From contig NC_134025.1 in the NCBI RefSeq assembly GCF_964204645.1, positions 4,030,001-4,094,000 of the forward strand: 64,000 nucleotides of DNA, in the 5' to 3' direction. Positions 27,801-37,577 of the stretch are shown here, one piece after another; the stretch's first letter is position 1; every line of letters starts with the position of its first letter. The position numbers and the translations under genes are program-made. The notes under the pieces are model-generated. The model worked only from the letters and a program-made list of their open reading frames with translations. It was not told where the DNA came from and made no database searches. The stretch comes from Tubulanus polymorphus (Eukaryota > Animalia > Nemertea).

Positions 27801-30800
27801 TAGCAACTGCTCGCTGTGATGGCAAAAACTTGACGGAAGAAAAAATTATTTCCGAACACAAAACTTCTTTCCGATATCAAGTGTATTTTTAGTTATGTCT
27901 AATAATCTCTTAGCTAAACAATAGGTGTCAAGCTTTATGCTATTGTGCATCTATAGAGATATGATTCGTTTTGTTCGATGCAAAAATCTGGTGATCACTT
28001 ATTACGGTACGAGTATAATTTCTACAAATGAATTATGCATTGGAAGTGAATTTTCTCACATCAGAAATACCAAAGGCAAATGAAATGAAATGCTAGTGAT
28101 TTCTATAGGTGAGTACAGCCGTTGTCTAAGCTATTTTCATTCAAATTATCAATTCATGCAAGAGGTGTTTAAAATAACATTCATGTAGTATTTACCCGAA
28201 GTCATCGACGGATTGATGAATTTGATCAAATACTTAACCACGGGTTTTCTTATCGGTAGCACCTACAGCCAACTAACTATCTACATCATTTCTGAATCCC
28301 CACAGATAGACGATTGCCTCACAATAATCAAAACTACATCAACCCATGATCAAATTAATCAGGAAATATACCACAATATAGCACATGAGCATTAGCTCGC
28401 TGGTTTTTTTTCTATATCATTGCCCGTGGAAAGATTACTCTTCTCCTCACAAATACTAGTCCCATTAGACATCACGCTACCGAACTAAATAAGAGGAAAT
28501 GACACACACGTTCGTTCTTTCGCGGCGGAGAGAAAACCGGAAATATTTCGACGAAAATAAGAGAAAAATAACAGCCGCATCTTACCCGATATACTGTCGT
28601 GATACGCAGTTTCCCATGTTTTCAGCACAACTCACTGCAGACCCATCATTACAGTAATCCGAGGAGCATCGTCGTCATACACCGTGGATGTTCACATCAT
28701 CTTCACTCGGTAACGACTGGGATACCTTTTTCTCGGGAGCGGAATCTGATCGCGAAGTAGGATTATACAGAAATGCCCGATAAATGTTACTCGATATATT
28801 CTCGATACGGCGGCGGCGTCGTACACGCGAAAATAACGTAGCCGTTTATTCGCAACTTCACGAGTTTAATCGGTCAGCAAACGCTTTTTAAATCCGGTCG
28901 AGTCCGAATTCATCGGTAAATCACTCGATCGAGCAGATTTTTATGAATGCGACTGTAACAGTGATACCTCTCCTCGTCAACGCACACTACAGCACACAAC
29001 ATTGACAGTGGCTGAGAACACTTTGAACTTATCAAACACACTGACACAGTGGCAGGGCTCATCTGGACATTACTGCAATAAGTTCTCATTAATACCTACT
29101 AATCACAGTTTTTGGTGCATCGGAATAGAACTGAACAAAACACGTATCAAATGAGGATGCATTTTGCGCGAAATATGAGGTTAATTTATTTCAAATTTAT
29201 CAATGAGCGCACTGCCTGGATCAGACACACGGTACCTGCCACATAATTAATTAACTACAAAGCCCGAGTTGATGTGTGATCAGTACATGAAGCGAGAGAG
29301 AAAGAGAGAGAGAATGAGAAAGCGTGAGGGGGAGAGAGGACATTATTAACCTGATGTGATCGAGAAAATGGAACGAAATAGAACGCAACCTGTGAACTCA
29401 TAAACTGGATCGAATAAAAAAACACAATTACAGTTGTAATTACTGCGTGAGATGTGATTGCACCGGTTAATTCTAGTTTTCAGGAAATGACTCTAAATCC
29501 CTGCGGATCCTTTTTAACCCTATGAATAATGCTAATGTAATCATTTACGTAAGTAGACTCCGTATACTGTCTGCTATGCCAGTGGAAATGCTTCCGACTT
29601 AGTTACATTTTTCTATACGTACCTAAAAGCGAGTCGCTGGTATATGGAATCAGAAGAAGTTATCAGACAGCCGAGAGCCAATACGACAATAAAGTCTGTA
29701 TTCGACCTCCTGTTATTAGATGTGACATGTAGGAAATCGTCTCGGGGAGAGACATACATGCCATGAGGCAAATGACAATGCTCTATGAACTCCACAAGCA
29801 TTTCGAGATACGCCTGCAGCTATTTCGTAAGACAAGAGTACAATTTGATGAAGCTTTGATAAAATTAGATCACGCAAGAGTTGCAATCATCACGATTCTA
29901 ATAACCTAAACTAACATCGTAAAATATTGTTTATCTAAGAAATATATTTATCGTAAGAAATTATCGACCATATTATCCCAACCGTTTCATAAGCCCGAAC
30001 ATGTATGATTCGTTCGGATACAAGTTAGACTTGACAAGGCTAAGAGGGCTTAGAGGTTAAATGAATGTATAAACTATGCCTTTAAGCCCCCTCCCCCGAC
30101 CTGACATTTTTTTCCAACATTTTTTTCCAACATACGAGGCGAACTGAATATTCAATGAGGTATCGAGGGATCATCTGTATCTATGCGAAAATGAGCAAAA
30201 GTAGAGATCAATAATCGACTAGATTGCGCATAACATTTGACAGACGTTATCCGATTTATCAATTTCAACGGAGTAAGAATTTAATGAGAGGGATGATCAC
30301 TTACAATTCACCGGGCAACCGAGGAGACAACAGTCTGACATGCAATACCGATATCACTGGCGAATGTATCTAAAGAATCAACTGTATGTATGTAGGCCAT
30401 TAACGAAATCTCCAATGAACGCTTTGCGAGGTTGAATGTGAAATGGCGTGCCTTCGAACGAAGCTACCAAAATATTTTCACAGCAGACTGTCTGCTCAAA
30501 TGATCTATAAATGATTCGATGTCGAATGTGTTTGCGGTCACGGAAGTTGTCTGTCATTGTCTATCAAAGCTGAATTGTGTGATTCATGAAGAGAAATGTA
30601 TCTATGAACACACCGTCTCCCCGCTGGTCTACTGGTTGCATGAAAGAAACCAATAACATCGCATTCGAAAAGTAAATTGTGGTAGAACAGAAATCGAAAA
30701 CTCTCTCTATGGTTATGCTGTTTTTTTCGATGAATACACACGCCGGTAGTTCCGTCATTATTTTATGATTGGTAATTTGCCGGCCGTGCCATTATCAACG

Positions 30801-33800
30801 AGAATGATAGCGAAACCAGGTGAAATACCACGTAAAAAGAGCGCCGTATTATTACTTCGCTTTAATGATAAAACATGATGATGTCTAAAGATTTGTTGAT
30901 GTGTTTTGGATCTAAAAAATCTTCTTTTCTAATTTAACACGCATATTTACTCAATTATATACCTCTCCCTCAATCACTGATTTACTGCTTATTAATCATG
31001 GCTGAATTCTGCAGCTAATTATCTTTGCCGAAAGTCAGACATCTCGATTTTAACGATTTAATGACAATGACAAATGGTGCATATTTTTATTGACGCATCA
31101 AACACGATATGCTAGCAGTTTTTGTATCTGTTGCTTTGTGACATTCGGATCATGGTTCCCCGAGACTAACCCTGTTGGATTGTTCCTTCGATTAAATGTC
31201 TACCATTTAGCTTTTTACTTCATCATACAAGTATTCATGGGGGTATCAGTATCGGAATCAAAAAGAATTTGACTCAATCATGATGGAAAATACCTTTTGG
31301 GCTATCAAAAACTTTAACAATACGCATGTATAAAGACTGGTTAGAGATTCATCTATATTGAATATCAGTTATACTACCTGCGAAGTTGACAGATGTGCTG
31401 ATGTAGACGCCATCTTTCCTGCACTGCTTGATCCTGTAATTTGTGTAATCTGTCTTTCTCTGAATTCAAACACTCCTCATTTGCCTCCAACTAAAATATA
31501 ATATAACTCTACTACATAAAGCTATCAGCCTCTTAATGCAATTAAGCAGTGCAATAGTACCTTTTGTTTAAGAGAATTTTTTTCTTGTTCTTCATTATTT
31601 AGCTTTTGACACAACTGAACGAGATTCTCCTCAAATGTATCACTCGTTAGGAATGAAGCATCATCCAGATGTTCTCTGAGCATTGTGTCGTAATGCTCAT
31701 TCATACATTTACCCTGATCTGAAATATTCACAAATTATACATACATTTCTATTCCGATTCGATAAGTATAAAAGTACTCAAAGTATTCTCAAAGCACGAT
31801 GTCATGAACTGCATCGATATCTAGGTGCTATCAAAGGGAAAACTGTCTTTTTTCATAACCGGTTTGCACGAAATCTATGCATTGTTTAGTCATGAAACTT
31901 GGCATGTACACAGAGGAATAGTTTCTCATGGTTACGACAATAATCTTATTTGGGTCCAGGGTCTATTTTCCGAATTCGAATTGTGGGGTGTTTGGCTTTG
32001 AGATTCAATTACAATATGGTCATATAGACGTCCATGATCACAATAATAAATTTCTTAACTGAGCCAGTGGTATCCCTATATGGGGCACCGTGAACCAGTC
32101 ACTCAGTACTGGGTGAACAAATTTCTAAACAAATATCTAGTGTTATGCATAGTAGGATCCTGGAATAAAAGGGCATGTCGAGAAAGGGTTAGACACTCTT
32201 CAGGCTTCTGGGTAAAATTGCTTGAGTTTTAATTGGAAAGGCCAATCAGGATTTTGTCACACTGACATTTTAAGTCATCAAGATTTAGGAAGGGTGTATT
32301 CCGACTCTCTTTGGAATCCACCTTAACCCAGCCTTGCATTTTCTGCTTAGCTCCAGTGAAGACTCATCAATTTTCCGACCCACCGAAGATAGGTATTCTG
32401 CAAGTACATATATACTAGTATCATTTGAGCTTGGATCAAAATGATCTTTTGTGCCCGGTTTCATAGACTCAGTATCAAAGTTTCCCCCAGGGGTAATCTT
32501 CAACGTGGGTGACAACCATTATAGAAACAATAAAAAACGATAGTAATATCGTCATATTTCCCACATCTTAGAAACTCAGCCCTGTGTAATTCTCATCCAC
32601 TACACAGAAAATGTACTTACATTTCATTTTCTTCATTGCACGCGCTAACTTTTGAACCCTGGAAAACGTAATGAAATGTATCGTGTAATAATAATTTTAT
32701 GTAAGCTTAACCTGTAATCAATTTTTATTTTGCCAGTATGAACCATATGGTTTGTACACATATGGCTTAGACATCTGATCCAGTTGAACAGTCTTCGCAG
32801 TAAAATATGTCTATACAACTACATATATAGACAAAGACATAGACATATAAATGCTAAGACACTTGCCATTTATCTGACTCTTGTTTATCGCTCGCAAGAT
32901 TTGAAAATCTTTCGGTGAAGTTTTTCATCTCTTCATCGAGTTTTATCTTGAAGATTTCGAACGTCTTATCTGAATCTACCTGCGGAAAGCCATCGATCAA
33001 TTTGTTGAGTTCATCTAATATCGATGATTTCCGTTCGTTAAACTGACTGGCCTAAAATAAAACAGAAATTTCTTATATGGAGTCTTCAAACGTTGACATT
33101 TTGAACCTGTTGGGTTATCATCATTACCAATTTTGTACTAAGCTTGCTCGATTCATCAGCTATCAACGCTTTCAACAAGTCATCGGGAGGATCATCGAAA
33201 ACTACAGAATCATCCAGTAATTTGGCGAATGAAACTTTATCACATAACGGGGACGGAAGTGTGGCTTCATCAGTAAATATCTATAAAATACACAAATATT
33301 TATGTTGAAACTGTAGATTATTTAGCGATTAAATCATATTTTGAAGTGGTTTGAATCTTACCACATTTTTTATTTCAGACAGCAATGAAGGTATTGCAGA
33401 TTGGACGGGAGTGCTGACAGCTGCTGGACCTGTTGCTAAATGGACGGCTTTTACAGGAATCAATGATTGATCTGCATCGAACTCATTGTCTTCATCACTC
33501 ATTTCAGGTGCAATCATTTCCATAGACAGTGATTTACTATTAAAATATCAAATGCTTCTCAGTACATTTTCTACAAAATAACATCAGCAAATATTCTGAA
33601 TGGATGAATTTGAAATACCTGCTCATATCTTGCCGCGCTTCCATGAGCTGTTCTTCTAAGTAGTTTTTCTCTGAATTCAGTGCCTTGAGATAAAAATGAA
33701 TAAAATTTTGGTTAAAATCCATTTCAGAGAAATTACGGATTTGGTACTTAGGAAACATGAACTTACTTCATTTTGACGGCTCAATTCATGGACGACTTGT

Positions 33801-36018
33801 TCTAAATCTTCATAAAGCATAGTTTTCTAAAACGAAACGTTAAAAACAATCTGGCATATAGTAATTACAAGGACTCTGAAGAAGAATGTGACTCAGCGTT
33901 AATCACCTCAGCCATTTTAGTATCATGTTCTTCTTTCAACACTTCAGCTTCTTCACACCTTTCCTGTAAATTTTACCCAATATCTCATCGTAGTATACAT
34001 TTCTATAGATGATGAATAAAATAAGTGAATACAGAATACAAGCGGAATACCTTATATTCAACAAGAGATGACTGAAGTTCTTTCTGTTGATCAAAAGCAG
34101 ATTCTAATTCTTCATTCATCGTACGTAGCTGAAATAAGATTCATATTCATTAAATGAACCCGCCAAATTACCCTTCTCTTTACAAAAAGTGAGAAATATA
34201 AAACAAAACCTTTTCTATGTTCTCTTGTTCTTTGGAGATAAGACGAAGATTCTCTTTTTCACTTTCTCGAAGTTTATTTTGCACGTGCTGAAGATTCTCT
34301 TCAAGAGAGGTAATATTTGACTTCAGTTCTTCATTTTCTTTGCGTACACTCTGTAGTTTATCTTGTAAGTTGTTCAGACTGAAAAAACGTATATAATGCG
34401 TTACATTTAAGAGTTGAATTGATACTAACAAGAACTAATGAAAGAACAAACCTCCAGAGCTTTTTCTGAAAATCTTCAACATCAGCGGTTAAACGTGAAA
34501 CATTATCCTCGCTTGATTCAAGTTGTTTTCGAAGTTTCAGATTTTCTTCACAAACCTTTCGATGCTGTGTCTCAAAAAAATCAAGTCTATTTTGTAATTC
34601 TGTGCTGTCCCTAAAGAGATATTTTTCAAATTTCAAGAACCGGCAATGGAATATTGTAATTAAACTAACAGGTTTTTGTTATCGTAATCAACTTACGTTT
34701 CCATAATAAACCTATCTCCTGCTGCTCCTGATGCTTCTAAACTCCCATATGTAAAGTTAACAATATCAGATCTTTCCAGCAAACCTGAATAAAAAATCTT
34801 ACATGAAATGCTTTTTCGAGATGTTTACCTTTTTCAACTATAAAATAAAAACCTGTTTTCCATTGTGAAAGATAAAAAAAAAACACATTGAAAATTCATG
34901 AATGCAGCGAGGTAAAATTCTATACACATGTACAAGTCAAAATACGAACTGATATTTCAGACTGAAGCAAGAGTGGTTTAAGCGCTTACTTTCATTAGAT
35001 TTCTTCAATTCACATTTGATCGGTGAAAGATGATGAACACGCGGCCTTCGCTTGATCACATTTCCACAAGGAGATGAAATAGCGTTGGCTAACGACGTCA
35101 TAGCATTCGAGCTCAATGAGGCCTCATCATCGCTTTCACAACTCGAACCACTATTACATGAAACAAAAAAAATGTAAATTCATAGAATGAAAAATGCGTG
35201 TTTCAATCCAATAACTGCTAATTCCAGATTCAACAGTCTTAAGTACATTCACATAAATTGAATAATACAAATTATAATTCCATTATAATTATGTAGAAGT
35301 GGTAGTACAAATAATAGTAGTTAGATGCATAAGCCAATTCTGCCCTTTCATCCTCACAGTTCTCTTCGATCATTACGCAAGTGCAGTGTTTCTGGAGTTA
35401 CTTCTAGACCTTAAAAATTTGCATGTAGCTTGTAGCGAAACTATAGTGTTACCTCAGTGACTTAGAGAACGGCATATCTTCATACCATTCCAGGAATCCC
35501 TTTCTGTAAACAAATATATCGATCTCGACATCGTTATCATCTGGATCCAGGTTCAGTTTTAATCCATCGTAATCATGAACACAACACGCCTACCAACAAA
35601 TAATAAAACAGTATTACAAGCTTTTAATATTCATCACTAAGGGTGCATAGTTAGAAACACTTACATCGCAATAGTGACGCAATCTATCTATAATACTGGA
35701 AACTCGTACAAGTCCAGTATTTTCTTCATCACACATAAGAAACAACTCATCGATTTTATCTACATCGGATGGTGATAATAGTTTACACGATGTTCCGCCG
35801 TCATCCTCAAATTTTGGACACAATTCTAACATCGGCGACTTAGATTGTAATACGGGCGACTCTGATCGCGGCGACTCCAAATGAGGTGACTCCGAAAAGT
35901 AGATATCCGATTGGGGTGACGGTAAAACCGATGAGTCCGAGTGGTATATATCCGATTGGGGCGACGGCAGGATTGGCGACTCTGAGCGAGATATCTCCAA
36001 TTCAGCCGACTCTGACAT
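1..36018 (-). CDS. LRMP: LRMP/IRAG + KASH5-like nuclear-envelope/ER tail-anchored protein (EF-hand-like, coiled coils, MRVI1 domain, TM, KASH-like tail); 41 coding exons, >=1958 aa, 3' end truncated by the window
   Basis: Phase-consistent exon chain (minus): 36018-35665, 35589-35453, 35150-34990, 34784-34697, 34610-34452, 34378-34210, 34128-34051, 33963-33907, 33826-33767, 33683-33619, 33536-33362, 33280-33128, 33051-32867, 32658-32621, 31718-31561, 31490-31378, 27176-27112, 20433-20363, 19500-19396, 19228-19118, 18153-18108, 17356-16696, 15509-15390, 15151-15032, 14331-13779, 13450-13300, 13226-13069, 10818-10708, 10483-10287, 6366-6336, 5821-5681, 5478-5347, 4593-4496, 4402-4350, 4026-3968, 3656-3585, 3109-3035, 1301-1186, 1088-987, 911-780, 244-1. 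Total 5874 nt with no stops. MRVI1/LRMP-type sequence EKFAMLSLSFKTDRLTLDQRVQLQERARDMAEQN...TARVSSRAELHGAVQQEGRLSRAIEIMVQHVE. The gene symbol is the closest family label only. Confidence 0.85.
4350..6366 (-). CDS. Exons encoding the MRVI1 (IRAG/LRMP) coiled-coil domain
   Basis: Five exons (6366-6336, 5821-5681, 5478-5347, 4593-4496, 4402-4350) translate to AENLSEQELEEKFAMLSLSFKTD...ETIKQAYERKDQELEETRQLLQENR, matching the recalled IRAG1/IRAG2 core. Confidence 0.9.
7238..7281 (-). CDS. Candidate alternative first exon for a short isoform (MAFHRVVLQAMKSR/S)
   Basis: ATG at 7281 with an upstream in-frame TAA; donor AG|GTAAT. Phase 2 matches acceptor 6366 and reads into the MRVI1 domain. Confidence 0.55.
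8133..8307 (-). CDS. Candidate alternative terminal exon (KASH-less isoform ending ...DGRTLV*)
   Basis: Acceptor TTTCATCGGTAG|A at 8307 is phase-compatible with donor 10287. 57 open codons to TGA at 8135-8133; minus-strand AATAAA at 8102-8097. Confidence 0.45.
11618..12013 (-). CDS. Candidate alternative first exon (MSRMVRSEISDYEDY...EPRTDQ)
   Basis: 132-codon ATG-started open frame ending in a strong CAG|GTAAG donor. Phase 0 fits acceptor 10818. Confidence 0.65.
16408..16680. repeat. Intronic minisatellite, 16-bp subunits / 32-bp higher-order unit
   Basis: Repeated GGTACCAGTACTGTCA-GGTACCCGTGCTGTGG units; homogeneous on the right, degenerate on the left. Confidence 0.95.
24727..24814. repeat. 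(TA)44 microsatellite
   Basis: Perfect TA run. Confidence 0.98.
26576..26792. mobile_element. Degenerate non-autonomous element (MITE-like) with internal repeats
   Basis: Ends AAAGTACGT...ACGTACCTTA are imperfectly inverted. Internal recurring GAACGG, GACCTGGAT and AAATTTGGAA motifs; a related fragment lies at ~26145-26178. Confidence 0.35.
27794..27807. promoter_or_regulatory. Perfect RFX X-box (GTTGCCATAGCAAC)
   Basis: Exact match to the canonical 14-bp X-box, in the intron between the MGNC first exon and exon 27176-27112. Confidence 0.65.
28586..28617 (-). CDS. Alternative first exon encoding MGNCVSRQYI(G), an N-myristoylation/palmitoylation-type N-terminus
   Basis: AAACATGG Kozak context, upstream in-frame TGA, donor GG|GTAAG. 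Phase 2 matches acceptor 27176, giving MGNCVSRQYIGQPDDLTT... Confidence 0.7.
32659..32866 (-). other. Non-canonical GC-AG intron
   Basis: Donor TG|GCAAGT, acceptor TTTTCCAG. This donor preserves the frame (DK-W-VQKLARAMKKMK); the nearby GT at CAA|GTGTCT does not. Confidence 0.75.
35453..36018 (-). CDS. First coding exons: Ser-Pro repeat region plus KASH5-type EF-hand-like domain
   Basis: IDELFLMCDEENTGLVRVSSIIDRLRHYCD / LKLNLDPDDNDVEIDIFVYRKGFLEW resembles the CCDC155/KASH5 EF-hand_9 pattern (FxxCDxxxTGxV...LDP...D...W). Confidence 0.8.
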
Positions 36019-37318
36019 TTCTACAAAATGGTTAAAAAATCTTTTATAGCCCTGCATCATAACATACATGAAGACATGACCAGTATAGCCTACCGGTGTA
36101 CATAGACATAGCAAAATAATCTCATGTCTGCATTTACATTCAGAAATCAGAAGTGTGCTTTAAATGAAACAAGGCCGTTAATTTTGACAATAAGTGTAAC
36201 ACCTGATCATAGGATTTCCTATTCAGATAAAATGATTATATTTTAGTAAAACGAAGCAATCTACGAGTACAAAATAAATGGTTTTCAATGTATTACTCGG
36301 GTAACAACTGTGACATACCTGAAAAATGCTCTCTACGCAGTTAGCATGAAAAATATCATATAACCAGCCATGAAAACCTGCAATGAATATAAGTTCAATA
36401 TTTGTAGAAAAAAATAAGCAATAGGCTAATATGGAAGATAATAATTCTGAGCGAAAACCTATTAAGGCCTAGAAAGCATTGAACCAACCATTAAACCACA
36501 ACCTAAAAATCGAAAAATAATGTTATTATGTCTGAAAGGTTGCCTTGTGATAATACGAATTAATTTGACGCAATACTTTTCCTAAATTTTCCAATTTTAC
36601 ACAGTGAGAAATATACCAACTGTATATTTATCCGGTGATAACATGGTATTGCAAGAATACAGTCTATGTATATAATCCATATATGACAGGTTGTTATAAC
36701 CCGGTAAATCAGCCACAATATCGTCGCTCTATGGCGTTGATGTAATATTAGTCCACATCGAAATTACATTTCAATCAAAGGCTTTCAGTTTTTCTAACCA
36801 AATGCTCAGTCATTTGGAATATGCAATCGCATTTCTTGTGCAAACACCGACTGGGGTCGGACATGTGTTCAAACACTAAATTAGATTTATAGATATTTTA
36901 TGCCAGGAAATGGAATCATTTAAATGCATTCAGTTGATCAGTTTAGTGTATTGTGTATAAGCACAGAACAAATAAATTAGTCATTAGCAATTAGTAATCA
37001 ATCATGTTTGCTGAGAACCACTAATTAACCCATGCTTGCAAAAATGGTATTATCCGTTCACCACGTTTGAGTGTGGTTATCGTTCTATGGTATTTATCAG
37101 TCTGAATACAAGTGTGGCCTAGCACCTGTGACTCCAAGCTTAATCAGGCTAATTGATGAAGAAGCATATGTTTTAATTGGTTGATTAAGCTTCGGAATAT
37201 GTTGAACTAGAACAAAATATAAGTTGTTGATAGTTACATGTATTGAAATAAACTGAGAGAACTGGTCAAGTCTTGCAGGTAAATAGGCAGTGGTAGGGGA
37301 AGGAAGACTGTTTAGCCA

Positions 37319-37577
37319 CAGGGATTAGTTCATTCATGCGACACAAAGCCCCCAATATATACCCTTTTTCTGGCCAGGAAAAGATTTTTGAAAGGGTATT
37401 ATACTATTCAATCTTATCATCTGTAAGATATTGAATTATTCATCCACATCATTTTGTTAGAAAATATTTTTTGACATTTTGTCTTTAATGTTCTAGGTTT
37501 GTCAAATAATGTTTTTTAGAAAAGTTATCTTTTTTGGACTTTAAGGTAATCTTATTGGCGGAAAAGAACTGACCCTG
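37319..37577. mobile_element. Possible hAT-type MITE remnant
   Basis: Imperfect terminal inverted repeats CAGGGATTAGTTC ... GAACTGACCCTG; no target-site duplication seen. Confidence 0.3.

Noticed and set aside
32285-32515. 76-aa minus-strand ORF as an alternative terminal exon
   Set aside because: No phase-compatible acceptor, and it lies beside repeat-like sequence.
35357-35410. Possible small exon EVTPETLHLRNDRRE
   Set aside because: Phase-incompatible with donor 35453; the neighbouring exons join directly.
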